In this document: positions 27,274-41,664 of the stretch, piece after piece
How positions within the stretch are numbered: position 1 is the first letter of the stretch
How the letters are laid out: the number at the start of each line of letters is the position of its first letter
From: Parasitella parasitica NRRL 2501
Taxonomy: Eukaryota; Fungi; Mucoromycota
Assembly: GCA_025201805.1 (NCBI GenBank)
Contig: MU619266.1
Span: 62,001-126,000 of the forward strand
Reading direction: 5' to 3'
Length of the DNA stretch: 64,000 nt
Notes under the pieces: generated by a model
Database searches by the model: none
The model's input: only the letters and a program-made list of their open reading frames with translations
What the model was told of the DNA's origin: nothing
Program-made: the position numbers and the translations under genes

Positions 27274-28038
27274 TTACTCCTCGTCAGACTCTTCGGCAAG
27301 GGTCATGGCGATACGATCCAGATCTCTTTGGCCATCTTGGGTGATCTTACGGCCACTACAACAGCGAAAAAAGGTTTAGTATCTTTGAAAATACAAGACT
27401 TTTGAAGGTCAAAGACTTACCCCTTCTTATCCTTCTCCAAAACACCAATCTTTTCCAAAGATTGGAGGACCTTACGGTTGACGGAACCGGAAGCATTGAC
27501 ATGATGAGAGGGACGAGAACCACGGTTAAAAGAGCCACCGTGAACCTTGTTCAAAGCACCAACGCCAACAGATTTGCGGATGTAGATATGACGAGCGACG
27601 GAGGCTAATCAATCAATTTTAGGTCAAAGGTCGAAATGATAATAGTAAAAAAACATACCAGCACGGATGAAGTACCAATCGGGATCATAGGGAGCAAGTT
27701 CCTTGAAGGTACCAGTCTTAACGAGATCGACCCACTTGGGAACTTCGAGCTTACCAGTACGCTTGAGGTAGGCAGCATAAGCCTTAATGAAGGCTATGAT
27801 GAGCAGACGAGATTAGTATCACATACAAGCTCGATATTTTTTCCAACAAAAAAAAAAGATGAGCCAAGCCACCAACTCTCCCCTTTCATCAACAGTATCC
27901 AATGTTTCCAACAACAATATTACGATATCCAATCCAGTATAATTTATAAACATGCATGCGATCTGTTTTCGTGTGCGTCGACGCATTCGAGTCGTTTTTC
28001 AGAAAAAGAAAAGAAGAAAACGGATTTCTTTACAAGCA

Positions 28039-28071
<33 letters not shown>

Positions 28072-28228
28072 AAAAATGGCGAAAAATGTTCAGCTACATC
28101 TGATGAATGTGGATCCAATTTTGATGGCATGGCTCTTTCTATTGTTTTTCTGCATCTTCTAGTCATAAAAATATAAAGAAAAATATCGTACCGTGAGAGT
28201 TAACGTCCTTGACAGTGATACCAGCCAT
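27274..28228 (-). CDS. RPS19: 40S ribosomal protein S19 (eS19)
   Basis: Spliced [12 protein letters not shown]|[45 protein letters not shown]|ASVARHIY...RPSHH...[16 protein letters not shown]|[16 protein letters not shown]. Confidence 0.97.
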
Positions 28229-29588
28229 GATATTTAAATGCACTGAGTTCGAGAAGCAAAAAAAGAGAGGGTTTTTAGGTGTTGCGCATCTCTTGCTTCC
28301 TCAAAAATAAAATTTTTTTTTCCCTTAACGAAAGCGAAAAAGTCACTTTCTCTAGTCACAATAATACCGGTACGGTATGACTTTTTGGATGTAACCGTAT
28401 AGCTGCTGGCAGGCACCGTAGGTACAGTCTTTTTATGGTTTCTGAAAAAAAAAGTTCTAGTAAATGATAAATGTCACGGTGTTTGTGATAATGTATATTA
28501 GAGTTTCTGATAACAAACCTTCAACTTCTGATAAAAGCTGAGAAGTTTCTGAGAGAGGGACAAGACGTATACAATACAATCACATTTTTAGATTTCTATT
28601 TTAGATTAACAATGCCCAAGAATAGAGAACATCTTGTAATGATATGCGAAATTGCGACGCTCTAGTTATTTTATTTTTGATCAAACAGCCATTGCGCAAG
28701 AGCAATCGGTATTTTTACATGAATGACTACTTGGGTTCTTTATCCCATTTTTCAATACAATGGAAATTCTTTACCAACACTATCGACATATACTTCAGAT
28801 ACCTGAAACTGAACAATCACCAGCGGGCCACAAAACTTGAAAGCAAGAACTTTAGCTTTTTGTGCCATTTTTTGACTGATTTTCATAATCAAAAGTGCCC
28901 TGAAATTGCCAGAAATAGTATCCATTGGGAAAAACTATATCATATATGAGTTTGGTGCAATTTGAGCATGATTTTTTTTTCGATGCAAAATCATGGATTT
29001 TTTCGATTTTTTCCTTGTATCCACACATCCAAAATCATCAATTATGCATTGTCCTCGATTTTGACCTCAAAAATGCAACTTTTTACTATGTCATATATTA
29101 GAGGAAAATGATCGCAAAAGACCATTCCTTGATCTGAAAGACTAAAAATGCGCTCTGATTAAGCAAAATATTGACGTTTCCCTCTTAATATGTTTTGAAG
29201 GGTTCTCAACAGAATTCCTTCCATAGGCATACGGGGATTATGAAAATAACACCATCGTGTAGCCTGCCCAAATATACAGCTATTATCATAGACTGACAGC
29301 CGTGGTATGCATAGTATCGGAGGACGATATCTTGTCTCAAAGGAGTAATTTTGATTTTGCTTTGTCCAAATGGAGATTCTGAAAGAATTTTCTCTTCCTA
29401 ATTTTGGACACGCTTAATCTCCGCTACCAAAGAAAAATGCTTGTTTTTTTGAAGAAAGCAATTAGCTTTGAGAAACCAAAGCTTACCCAGTTCAAAAAAA
29501 AAACAATTGCAAACTAGTTTATTTAAATAGTGTGCCTCTTAATTTTTTAATGGTAGCACTTACATGTCTGTACCTGGCCTGACGATCT

Positions 29589-29844
29589 CACGCTCCGATT
29601 TTGAAAAATACTTTTCCGAAAAAAAAGTTGGAAAAGTCGCTACATTCATCTGATGTCAGCTTAAAAAGTACGTAAAATCGCTCTAAGCTATGCAAATATG
29701 TAATCAAAAGATGTTTTCTAGTATAATGCATTATTTTAAATTACTTGTTTTTGTGTTTGAGATTGCTAAATATTGTTTTCTTACAGTTAATTTCTTCTTT
29801 TTTCTGACGATAACGCACTGAAAAAAAAAAAAAAAAAAAAAAAA
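29589..29844 (+). repeat. Diverged dispersed repeat, copy 2, followed by poly(A) at 29821-29844
   Basis: Collinear similarity to 26721-26945. Confidence 0.6.
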
Positions 29845-30047
29845 GCAGGCACCCAAGATCTACGCATTTTTGAACCATTCCAATATTACCGTATAGAGAG
29901 AACGCAGTAGAAAAACGAATTCACACTTAAAAACCTGAAACTTGAGGATGACCGACGTTAAAATAGGTTCGCAATATTCCTAATACGAAACTTTTTGATG
30001 ACTCTTTATCTTTATTCTGTCATTGCCAAGAGTGATGTGGTCAATTA

Positions 30048-32237
30048 TCATACAGTAATGTCCCAAACACGGACGGCAGCATCATGACCAACTGATGCTA
30101 TGCTCAATCCACTGGAATTGTTCAAAAAACGGACACTGTTAACTGCATCCACATGGGCATTCTTGATGGCTACCTTCTTGGAAGGCTCCTCGAGATTCCA
30201 TACATAAACATTGGTGTCAATGCTGCCACTGGCCAAGAATCGCCCACATTTGGACCAACTCATGGTTGTAATACGGCTGGTATGGAAGACCCAACTTTGG
30301 ATTGTAGTTTCCTTAGTCTCGGTATCGTATATAAAGATCTTGCCAACACTGTCGCCTACAGCGATCAAGTTTAACGTGGGATGGACTGCCAAAGCAGTGA
30401 TGTTACCGAGATTTTTGCTCAATTCGCCAGTTTTTGTAAAGTTGCCATCGCTCAATTCATATACGCGCACCTTGTTGTCCTATTGCGTACATGCGTTGTG
30501 AGCAAAAAATTCTTTACGTGATTCGCTTTTGTTTTACCTCGCCACCAACATAGATTGTCTTTCCATCTGAGCCAATGTCAGTGACAGTGGGTGTAAATCC
30601 AGGGCTTTCAAGTTGACCAATCTTTTCAAGTTTATCATCGTAAGCAATAACAGCTTCTTTTGTAGCCACAACAGCAATCTTGTTCTCAGAGACAGCAATA
30701 GACAAAGGAAGAGACCCGGTAGCAGCAACCTTTCCACTGTATTGATAAATGAACAAAGGAAAAATTAGCATAAACCTCCATTTTGTGCATTTCCTCGTAC
30801 CTGTATTTAAAGTCATTACTTGCTTGACGGACAGTGTCATCCATAGCAACAGATAAAAGTTCATTATGTTTAAAAGATAAAGCATTAACTTGGTTGACAT
30901 GTCCTTCGCCCTGGACACGCTCAGCAAATGAATGATCTCCCTCTGCCCCATACTTCCATCCAAAGACATGGCCATCGTAAGAACCAGTGAATAAAGTATC
31001 ATCTTCAGAAACAGCCAGAGCAGTAATAGCTTTACTATGTCCATCAATACGACGGGACACCTTGCCGCTATTCTTGTCCAAATAACTAAATTCACCAGAT
31101 AACGAAGCAGTAATCAGATAATCGCCCTTCCACAGATTGCCGACTTGCTGGTTATCCGCGGGAGCAGCTGCATGATTGATTTCAAACGTGCTACGTTGGG
31201 CAAGTTTAGCCAAAAATATGCTGCCAAGCAATGCACTATACTTACTTAACAACTGTCTTGGAATTCACATCCCAAATCTTGGCAGTATGATCAGCAGAAG
31301 ACGACAAAAGTTGAGTGCTATCCGGAGACCACGAAAGAGCATAAATGCCGCCAGTATGGTTATTGTCAGCAGTGCTCAGTTCATCAACCTTGTCACCAGT
31401 CTCGCCATCATATAAAAAGATCTTCTCATCGGCACCGGCACTAGCGAAAAGCTTTCCGTCAGGCGAAAACGTGACAGAATGAACGAAGCGAGTATGGTCA
31501 CGGATATTCTTGTTGTATTTAAAAGGCACGCCGTGAAAGAACGTAACCGTCATATCATCCGAAGCTGTAACGGCGCGGAAAGGACGCTGCTGGCGGATAC
31601 TCACGCTGTTGATCGGTTTAGAATGGCCTACAATTTCGCCCACAGAGGATTGGAGATCAAACGTAATGGCACGACCAAATTTTTCTTTTCCCTCACCAAC
31701 AGCAATCAAGCGCTTGCTCTCACCATCCCAAGCAATATCCCTAATTGTGCCTGAGATTAGGCAGTTCTCGCCTTTCAAGATATGCTCCTCATTGATGGTG
31801 TCCCAGACACGGACATTGCCATTTATATCTAAACCATGACTCGAATTAATAGCGTACTTTATACACATGCTGGCTTTTTGTTGTTGTTGTTGTTTTATTA
31901 CCTCCAGTGGCCATGTAGTATCCACTTGGACTGTAACGGGCTACAGTAGTTCGAGCTCTGTGTCCAGTATATTCTGTAGCAATAGAAGGATTCTGCTCCA
32001 TTATCAGTACGCAGCAATTATTGGATCTCGTTTAATTCTACCTCCAAGTCTCTCATAAACACAGACTTTCCATTGGTGTAAGCAAAGGTTTTCCCTTTGG
32101 GGTCAGCCTCGAGCTTGATAGATTCGCCACGAGTTGTATAAGGAAGAGGAGCAAATGTGTATTCTGGTTTGATAGTATGTTAGTTGCTGCAGCTACGCGA
32201 ATCTTCACGCTACATGTTTACTTTTACTGTATTGCAT
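30048..32237 (-). CDS. AIP1: Actin-interacting protein 1 / WDR1 (two WD40 beta-propellers)
   Basis: N-terminal FAPLPYTTRG...DPKG...YTNGKSV; GHSKPINSVSIRQQRPFRAVTASDD, FHGVPFKY, HTRFVHSVTFSPDG, QQVGNLW, WVFHTSRI. Confidence 0.95.
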
Positions 32238-34214
32238 AGTATGGTATGAAGGGAAAGAGGAGAAAGAACGGCCCCAGACTTGCTACATCGTTTTAAATAG
32301 TTGTAACATCCTGAGTTTCAATGAATTCCTTAGCATTGATTTTGTTCAGTGTAATCAGCATGTTGCAGATTCATTTACCACATCTTTGAGCATATATGAA
32401 TTCCAACCTAATTCTTGATTTGAAATGTGGAGCCACCACCAGCAATCATCCTTCTTGTGTATGATGGATACCTATGATAAAAAGTATTCCTTCTACTACT
32501 AAAAGCTCGCCTGAAAGGCTGCGATTAGTATATTGGATTTTAAAATTTGCTTTCGCATGGTCTCTTGTTTCGTCGAGAAACGGCTTACGACATGGAAAAA
32601 GGAAAGAAGCAAGATTTCTATTCTTGGTATAAATGGAGGCTATCACTGTTACAAAAAAGACATTTTGATGAGTAGGTATCAAATGTGAATGAATCGGCGA
32701 AAAAAAAAAGTACGTGCGCCCTGCACTTCATTCTGGAATATAGAATTTACTGCTTGACAGAAATACCTGGTATGTATACTGGATGTGCTTATATTTTTGG
32801 GCTATCAACAAGCGTGGATACGGGATCCAAAATCAATTGTAAAAATAGCAGCATAAGCCGATGCTGTAATACACTGTTCAGTGTTTGTTAACTGCCAAGG
32901 AGTAGCCGATTGCCGAAAGCAGTGAAAATTAATTCTGAAGTACCGTATGATTTCACAAAGCCTTAAATTTGGGGTTGTTGAAGAAAGTGTCTTTTTCCTC
33001 TCATCGAATCTTGGTTGATGTAGGGTACATAACTTATGAACGATGTTTTGATAAATTACACAATAATAGCTCTAGTAAGTAACGCACGCACTATATTGAT
33101 ATTGTGCTAAGTATATGCGTATATGACAACTCCATCAAGAGCCTAAACACCATCCTGTCCTTGAACTATCCCCGAAAATCATGGCATGACATGCTTCTAT
33201 TACATAAAAGCCTGCAGTCATTGTGATCAGCCAGAGTTACCCCGTCCAACATGTTTTCCCTTGAAAAATTCTGACTCTATCCATCATCTATTTGAATACA
33301 AATAATAAAAAGTGGCACCAACGCTATCTCAGCAAACTCAGTTATTGAATTCTGAAAGACTTGATTAATTAGTTGCCATAGGTCCCTGCATATGAAAAAT
33401 AAAAAATAAAACAAAAATCATGCACAAGATTACCATACCAAATCTTGTTGAGTTGTAGCCTTTATTCGTTTAATGTTAATAGAGTATTAAACGGCTCAGG
33501 GAAACATTACATGTAAACGAACCTGTTGTTTCAGCCATTTTTTTCTCCAATAATAGCGCTGCTAGATATTCCTGATGATTTATATTGTTTGCGGGGCGAC
33601 CAAATCAGTGCCAGTTTCAATCATTTACTCGGGAAAAAGTAAACAAAACGCACGAATACACATGAGGAGTTCCTGTTTACAACTTGATCCCGGAAAATTG
33701 TGTCATGATTACCAAGGTAACTGATTTTACATTTGCTTTCCAGTACATGAACAGTTCCTTCTCTAATCTCAATCAGAAATGCAGAATAATTTATAATAGA
33801 CGCGTACCGCAATGATAAAAAATCGAGATGGTGTACCATTGAATAATTGCTGATTTACTTTTTTTTGCAAAAGTAAGAAGGTCATTTTTCATGCAGCCCG
33901 GAAGGCTGACAATGGCATCAGATAGACATATCAGGCAAAAATAAGCTCGTGTGATACGTCAACGGATTTAATATCGAAAATTCTTGTCGTAATTTTTTCA
34001 ACAGAAATGGACCAGTATGTATGTACTAATACCAATAGAAAATTGTGATATGTGCTTAATTGATGCATGAGATCAAGTAACAAAAGCTCTTTTGTAGCAA
34101 AAAATGGACATTAGATCACGTGGAAAGTACGCTGTGGAGAAACACACATTTTTTAATCAATGAGGATGCTCCCTTTTTTTTTCTTTTTTTTTTCTCCCTC
34201 TTTTGTGTTTTTCT

Positions 34215-34992
34215 NNNNNNNNNNNNNNNNNNNNNNNNNNNNNNNNNNNNNNNNNNNNNNNNNNNNNNNNNNNNNNNNNNNNNNNNNNNNNNNNNNNNNN
34301 NNNNNNNNNNNNNNNNNNNNNNNNNNNNNNNNNNNNNNNNNNNNNNNNNNNNNNNNNNNNNNNNNNNNNNNNNNNNNNNNNNNNNNNNNNNNNNNNNNNN
34401 NNNNNNNNNNNNNNNNNNNNNNNNNNNNNNNNNNNNNNNNNNNNNNNNNNNNNNNNNNNNNNNNNNNNNNNNNNNNNNNNNNNNNNNNNNNNNNNNNNNN
34501 NNNNNNNNNNNNNNNNNNNNNNNNNNNNNNNNNNNNNNNNNNNNNNNNNNNNNNNNNNNNNNNNNNNNNNNNNNNNNNNNNNNNNNNNNNNNNNNNNNNN
34601 NNNNNNNNNNNNNNNNNNNNNNNNNNNNNNNNNNNNNNNNNNNNNNNNNNNNNNNNNNNNNNNNNNNNNNNNNNNNNNNNNNNNNNNNNNNNNNNNNNNN
34701 NNNNNNNNNNNNNNNNNNNNNNNNNNNNNNNNNNNNNNNNNNNNNNNNNNNNNNNNNNNNNNNNNNNNNNNNNNNNNNNNNNNNNNNNNNNNNNNNNNNN
34801 NNNNNNNNNNNNNNNNNNNNNNNNNNNNNNNNNNNNNNNNNNNNNNNNNNNNNNNNNNNNNNNNNNNNNNNNNNNNNNNNNNNNNNNNNNNNNNNNNNNN
34901 NNNNNNNNNNNNNNNNNNNNNNNNNNNNNNNNNNNNNNNNNNNNNNNNNNNNNNNNNNNNNNNNNNNNNNNNNNNNNNNNNNNNNNNNNNNN
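34215..34992. other. Assembly gap (probably hides the Med15 first exon)
   Basis: Run of n. Confidence 1.
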
Positions 34993-35055
34993 TTTTTTTT
35001 CTCCTGGAAGCTCGTTGCCATGGTATTCATTTGTTCTTCTTTGGTAGATCATTAG

Positions 35056-35386
35056 CTCTTAAGCATTTGTCGCCCACAACACCAGAAAATGAAACATATA
35101 ACGTTGCAAGTAACTTTGAAGCAGGTCTTTATCAACGATGTACAAGCAAGGTAACCTTGTTTTTAACAAAGCGTTTTGGCGATGTGTTAAACGCTCTTTA
35201 TAGAATCAATACATTTTAGCCTATGCCAAAAAGTTTCAGCATATAAGGGATCAAATCAACCAAACCTCAAATATTGGGAGTAATATGAATGGTATGGTTC
35301 AACAGCCAATGTCCCCTCTTGTTGGTAGTGTCAATGGTCAAGTCCCGTCTCCTCAAATACAACAACAACAGCAACAGCAACAACAA

Positions 35387-35463
<77 letters not shown>

Positions 35464-35920
35464 ACAACAGCAGCAGCAGCAGCAACAACAGCAGCAACAA
35501 CAGCCACAGCAGGGTCAACGTAATAATTTTCAGTCGCCTTTGAATATGAACCAACAACAGCAGCCACAGCACCAACTCGTAGGTCAAAATCAAATGCGTC
35601 CTCAACAAACAAATTATCCACAAGCCATGTTACAGCAAGGAAGGCCGCCACAGCAGACAATTCAATCTCCTGCACAGCATGCTCAAGCTCAAGCTCAAGC
35701 TCAAATGTTTGCTTATCAGCGTTCTGCTGCAGCCGCTGCAATGGCCGTCTCAAATGCTCCCCAAGTCATGCACCAGACGCAACAAAGACCACCTCAGCAG
35801 CAACAGCAACAAGGAGGTCAACTGCCATTAAATTTACTGCAAAATATGAATGCTTCAAATGCTGCCCTCGGTATTTCTCCTCAACAATTTCAAATGTATC
35901 TTGCACGTCAAATGGCCCTT

Positions 35921-35951
<31 letters not shown>

Positions 35952-36472
35952 AACAACAGCAGCCACAGCAGCAGCAACCACAATCGTCACCTCATATTCA
36001 AAACCACTTGTTGCAGCAACAGCAGCAGCAGCAACTTCAATCATCGCCTATCCAGCAACAAGGTTATTTGGCTTCAGGGAAACCCATCAATATGGGCGGG
36101 TTGACGCAACAGCAACTGATGAATATGGCCGCCGTGGGAAACAGCGTTGGCAATGTCCCTAGTGGGCCAATGAGCAATGGTGCCTTTAGACCAGGACAAG
36201 CTCAACAGTTTTCACAACAACAATCTGATGCCAACTCTGCGATTGGATCACCAATGCAACAAAACCCTGTCTCTGCTGGTTATTCTAACCCTATGGGAAA
36301 CTCTGGTGCATTGTCAGCTTCAAGCACGCCTATTTCAGTCCCTGCCACGCTGGCCTCCGCTCAACAGCAGCAACAGCAGCAGTTTGCCAACATGAGGCCT
36401 CCTCCTCCATCTCAACAAGCAAGCCAGCAAGCCCAGCAAATGGTGAACCAAGAGCTACTGATGCAAAGAATG

Positions 36473-36504
<32 letters not shown>

Positions 36505-38403
36505 ACAGCAACAGGCTCCACAACAGCAGAACATGAACAGTGGCGGTCCAAGACCTCCACCTCCTTCTTCGCAGCAGACTCCGCAATTTGTACAACAACT
36601 TCAACGACCTATGATGCCACAGCAGATGCAAATGCAGCCTAATGGGATGTTGAAGCCATTGACGCTACAGCAGAGGAATAGCGCTGCGGGTATTGTCAAA
36701 CAAATGGATGAAAGCGTTCGTCAGGGAAGAGGTAAGATTGTCGCTGTGTCTGGCGAATCCAACGGATATTAACGCTTAGCATAGTCCGTGGACCTGTCAT
36801 TGAGGATTTGTCTGAGAGCGACAAAATGGCTATCCGCGACCAAATAAGCCAAATGAAATCCATGTATGACAAAATTGATAACCTGCTGCCTGTGTTCTTG
36901 GCCATGACGAGCAATGTGGAGGCAACGCGTCGACTGATTCTCATGAAATACATGTTCGAGGACCAGTTGGTGGCCTTGCCTCAGAACAAGTTCTTCATCA
37001 GCTTGGAGAACTTGCATAAGCTGCGTGAGCAATTCAGCGGCTATTTTACATGGGTTCGCAACGCTGTTGGTCAGCAGCAGCAACAGCAGCAGATGAATGC
37101 AATGGCTGCCACCGGCAATCCTCAGCAACAACAACAAATTGGACTAGGGCTGCTACCTATGCACTTGCAACAGCAGCAACAGCAGCAGCAACAGCAGCAG
37201 CAGCAGCAATCGCAAGGCATGCAAGGAAGTCCTATTGTGAATTTTAACCAAATGATAAACCCGCAAGGCATGATGCAACAGGGTATGATGAACCAGGCTC
37301 AATCCATGGGCCAGCAATCTCAGGCACAAGCAATTGCCATGCTTCGCCAGCAGCAACAGCAAATGTTGGCGCAACAGCAGGAGCAGCATTCTCAAGATCC
37401 TCTCGCCACATCCAATGCTACTGCTCCTCTTTCTTCTTCGGCCGCTGTGCCTTCTAATTCCAATGAAAATACGCCTGTTATGGCAAACTCCACTGCAGTT
37501 ACCACCCCAGCTGCTACACCCACAACCCCCTCCATGGGTATCAAACGAGGAAGCATTGATCTGAAACTGCCTCCTGCCAAGAAGCAACGAGCATCTAAAT
37601 CCTCTCAGTCACCTACTGCAAACCGAAAGACCCAGAAAAACGCCGATAAAGAAAAACCCCCAGCAGCTCCCGCCACTGCCAGCGATACGCCTGCATCCGC
37701 ACCTGCCTCTTCTACGCTTGCTCAGCAACAACCCCCTCCTCCCAATCCTGAGGTTACGTCTATCTCTGCTTCTAATAGCCCTGCCATGATACACAATACC
37801 GATATCAATCTTTCGCATCCTTCAAAACCTGTTTTCCATGGCAATAATATGGGCCAACCACCACAGCAGCAGCAACCTCAGCCAGGCCATGGCGGCATGG
37901 ACATGAATCACTTCAATCACAGCATGATGATGAGCGGGGGGAATGGGCTTAATAACAATGGCGGCATTCCTGTCAAAGGAGGCATGCCTCTAAGCCAGCA
38001 CCAAGCGCAATCACAAGCATTCTACATGGCTGCTGTCAGTAACGGAATTCCTCCCCAAATTGTCAATTTACTGCCGCCAAAGGCGCTGCAGTTCAATTGG
38101 ATTCTGCAACAAGCTGCACAAAATAAAATGACACTGATGCCTAATCAACAGCAGCAGATTCAAGCTCTTTTGAACGATCATATTGAGGCTGCCAAGCAGC
38201 AGTTAGCTCACCAGTCACCTGAATCATCACCCCACCATCAACATGACCTTGCCTCACAGCCACCTCAAACACCGTCCGCTACTACCACTCCCGTCTCTTT
38301 GAGCCACGTCCAGTCTCCTCAAGTGAATTCTGCTGCCTTTGCCAAACAAGAGGATTCTCCACAGCAGCAGCAGCAGCAGCAGCAGCAGTTACAACATTTG
38401 CAA

Positions 38404-38435
<32 letters not shown>

Positions 38436-38804
38436 TATTCAACAAATGCGTCAGATGCAGATGCAGCAACATCCTCAGCAACTTCAGGGCATGCCACCCC
38501 AAAATAGTCAGATACCCGGCACACCCAGTAGTCAGCAAGCGTATTCAATGATGGCACAGCAATCCATGGCGTTTCATCCTGGTATGGTTGGAGGCCCTAA
38601 TGCTGCCACAGACGATGTCATGTCGTCCTTGTATTTTTCTAATGGCTTGACCCACAAACAAGGCCCCGAATCTGACATGTATTCGTCGCCACATCATCAG
38701 CATCAACTACTTTCGCAGAACCACCAACAGCAGACTCCTCAACAACAGCCATCTCCACTACCACCATCTCAGCAACAGCAGCAGCAACAGTCGCCACCAC
38801 CACC

Positions 38805-38871
<67 letters not shown>

Positions 38872-39282
38872 TACAATGGCGGCTATTCTTCAGCGCTAAA
38901 AGAAGGTTATAAGGATGAGACTTTTGGTACACCTGATTTAAGCCTACTGACAAAACCAGCATCAGTGATTAAGGAAGAAGAAGCTCTGGTAGAAAGCGGC
39001 GACCTGCAGCCATCTTGGTTTGACTCGTCTACTGGAGGCATTGATTTAGGTTTGGATGGCTTTGATTGGGATAACAATGATTTTGTAAAGTTGGATGATA
39101 ATAACGACACTGCAGCACCAGCAGCCACAACAGCTAATACTACCGCCACTGCAGCTGCTGCCGCTGCAACAGCAACTGTGCCGTCATCTTCCAGTAACAG
39201 CAATGGCGATGGCTCTTCCTCTCAACAAGACGATAAAAAGTTAATAGATGAAAGCGGGAAGCTTTGTGCAGTTAGTCTTTAA
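35056..39282 (+). CDS. MED15: Mediator subunit 15 (Gal11)-like, polyQ-rich; 5' end probably in the gap
   Basis: KIX-like segment LKHLSP...VASNFEAGLYQRCTSK|NQYILAYAKKFQHI; Gal11-like middle helices (LSESDKMAIRDQISQMKSMYDKIDNLLPVF...LILMKYMFEDQ); extensive Q tracts; intron ~36732-36784. Confidence 0.75.
35360..35503 (+). repeat. Coding CAA/CAG repeat, ~48-residue polyglutamine
   Basis: Mostly (CAACAG)n in frame within the Med15-like gene. Confidence 0.9.
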
Positions 39283-40413
39283 TTTTTATTCTATATATTA
39301 TATTTCTCCCTCCCTTTTTCTTATTATGTTTGTATACTCTGTTTTTAAATAAAATCTCTAACCACAACATGGAATATGTTCCTCTCGCAGTTTGCTCTCA
39401 AATGGTAAAGAGGCTGGTGATGCGCCTTCCTTCATCCATGTGTACGATGTCAATTGTTGTGTCAGCGTAGGATAGCCGGAATGGCTTGAAGGATCCATGC
39501 CATGATCTCTCGTGCTATCCAGATCAAGCGGAGTAACCTTTATGTGAAAAATACAAAGTGAACCTGAAGACTGCTTCAAGAGAGGGCGCTTTCTACACCC
39601 TCTGGAAGAAGAAGAAACAAAGTTTTTGCAATTGACTACCATATTTTCATCGATATCTCTAGAAGATAATAAAACAACTTACATTGTATGCGAAAGTAAA
39701 ATTGTAAAATATTCAACAACAAATCTATCAAATATAATTTACGAATAGAAATGGCACGAATAATCTGCGACTGAAAGAAAATACGGAACTCTATGCTTTG
39801 CATAAATAATACCTAAAACGGTAACTCTACGTCAAAGTTTGAGTAAAGCGAAATGTTTTCGATTGACATATATACTATAGCAAAAAAAAAAAAACGGCAT
39901 TTTCGCTGTCAAATTCAACAAATTGTAATTTTGACACATTTTTCCTCGTACATCTTCATGAGAAATTGTTAAAAGTTGATGATTTTTCTAATCATATATA
40001 TTTTTTGGTGGAAATGTATCAGAAAGAAACCACGAGCTCTGGGAATCGATTCGGTGTGTTTCTCATTGCCTGAAGTGATTAGAAAGAGGGCGGATTCCCC
40101 TAAATTNNNNNNNNNNNNNNNNNNNNAAAAAAAAAAAAAAAAAAAAGCAAGTACACTCATGATTACAGAGTGATCTATTTACTCTACATTATAATCCACC
40201 TACCATTTAGAAGGCATAGATATTTGAGACGATGCATTCTGGCAGATGTATTCATTGAGCAGGCGTGTGGGCAGGGAAGCCATCCTGCATATACTGTACT
40301 TGGTTACGAAAAACCAGTACCTGGAAAAGCGTCATATACAAATAATAGACCATTTTTAGCCTTCACCTTATTCTTTTTCTTCTTTATTCAATTTCTTTAC
40401 ATTGTTCGCGATC

Positions 40414-41664
40414 ATGGCAAGCTCTATCGACTTGAGTAGGTTGGCAATATACGCCTAATACTACGATAGCTAATATTTGATATAAAGCAAAACCTAGATA
40501 TCCACAAAACACATATTGGGGCAGAATTAGACATTTCATTGACATTACAGATCCGAGGTTCGTACTAAAGGGGTCTGCACTAAATGACAGGTAGTAACTT
40601 GACAGTGGTTTCCAGAACCTTGTTTGTCTCGTCAGCCGAGCTCGAGAGATGTAAACAACTTTTGAAAGACACACGTCAACATGACAAGATCGACCCAGAA
40701 AGACTTTGGAAAGCAAAAAAAGGTACTTTTTCTCACGTTAAATAGCTTATAATAGAGGGAACTAAAAGAAACAGTACAGTGGTCGACTCTACCATTCATC
40801 CAGACACTGAGGAAACGGTGTTCCTGCCCTTCAGGATGTCATGCTTTGTTCCTACCAATATGGTCTTGGTAGCAGGTATGCTATTACCCAATCCAAGTGT
40901 AAAGAAAAAGAGGAGAGATTGTCAATTGTGAATCATTTGCTTATTTCGTTTGATTGGTTTAGATCAAGAGCATACTGTTCTGGCAATGGGCCAATCAAAG
41001 TGTTAACGTTGCATTTAATTCTGCCAATGCCAACAAAACGACTCCTATGAGTCTCAGGGAAACCGCAAGTAAGCTGGATGTGGTATGATATTATGCATTG
41101 TGTGTGCTAAATTGGAATGTAGTTGCGTATGCATCTGCTGTTACTACTTCATGTGCAATCGCAGTGGGCCTGAATCAGTCTGTCCCCAGGCTCAATGTAT
41201 CTCCAACGGTGAAATCGCTTTGTATGAAGCTGGTACCTTTTACAGCAGTAGCGGCTGCTGGTACAGTCAACGTGTTCTTGATGCGAGGAAAAGAGATTCG
41301 CGATGGCATCGACGTTTTCACAAAGGACGGGCAATCTGTTGGCAAGTCAAAGGAAGCCGGTTTCTCTGCTGTTTCTCAGGTCGCTATTTCGCGCATTCTT
41401 ACCAATGCCCCCGTACTGATCTTGCCACCCATCATTTTGGGCCGCCTTGAAAAGACAAACTTCATCAAGCAAAGACCCAGGCTAATCGTTCCACTCAATT
41501 TTGGCTTGATCGCACTTTCTCTTATGACAGCTTTACCCGCAGCTATTGCTGTGTTCCCTCAGATTGGAGAATTGGAAACAACCATCATGGAAAAGGAGTT
41601 TCAAGATCTTAAAGATGCGCAAGGCAAGCCTATCACAAAGTTGTATTTCAATAAAGGTTTATAG
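40414..41664 (+). CDS. FSF1: Sideroflexin (Fsf1/SFXN mitochondrial transporter)
   Basis: KPRYPQNTYWGRIRHFIDITDPR, STIHPDT...FRMSCFVPTN, FWQWANQSVNVAFNSANAN, LVPFTAVAAAG, C-terminal YFNKGL. Confidence 0.95.

Noticed and set aside
27796-28191. Intronic snoRNA in the long RPS19 intron
   Set aside because: No correctly ordered C/D box pair with terminal stem was found on the sense strand.
28353-28360. TAGTCACA, Homol-D-like box upstream of RPS19
   Set aside because: One mismatch to CAGTCACA and no counterpart seen upstream of RPL2; could be chance.
34116-35219. Long X-containing ORFs spanning the second gap
   Set aside because: Artefacts of translating N runs; only the end past ~35056 is real Med15 coding sequence.
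35267-39203. Poly-Leu, poly-Ala/Val and poly-Ser/Asn ORFs
   Set aside because: Antisense or off-frame shadows of the CAA/CAG tracts of Med15.
39358-39642. 94-aa minus-strand ORF downstream of Med15
   Set aside because: No recognisable motif or supporting splice structure.
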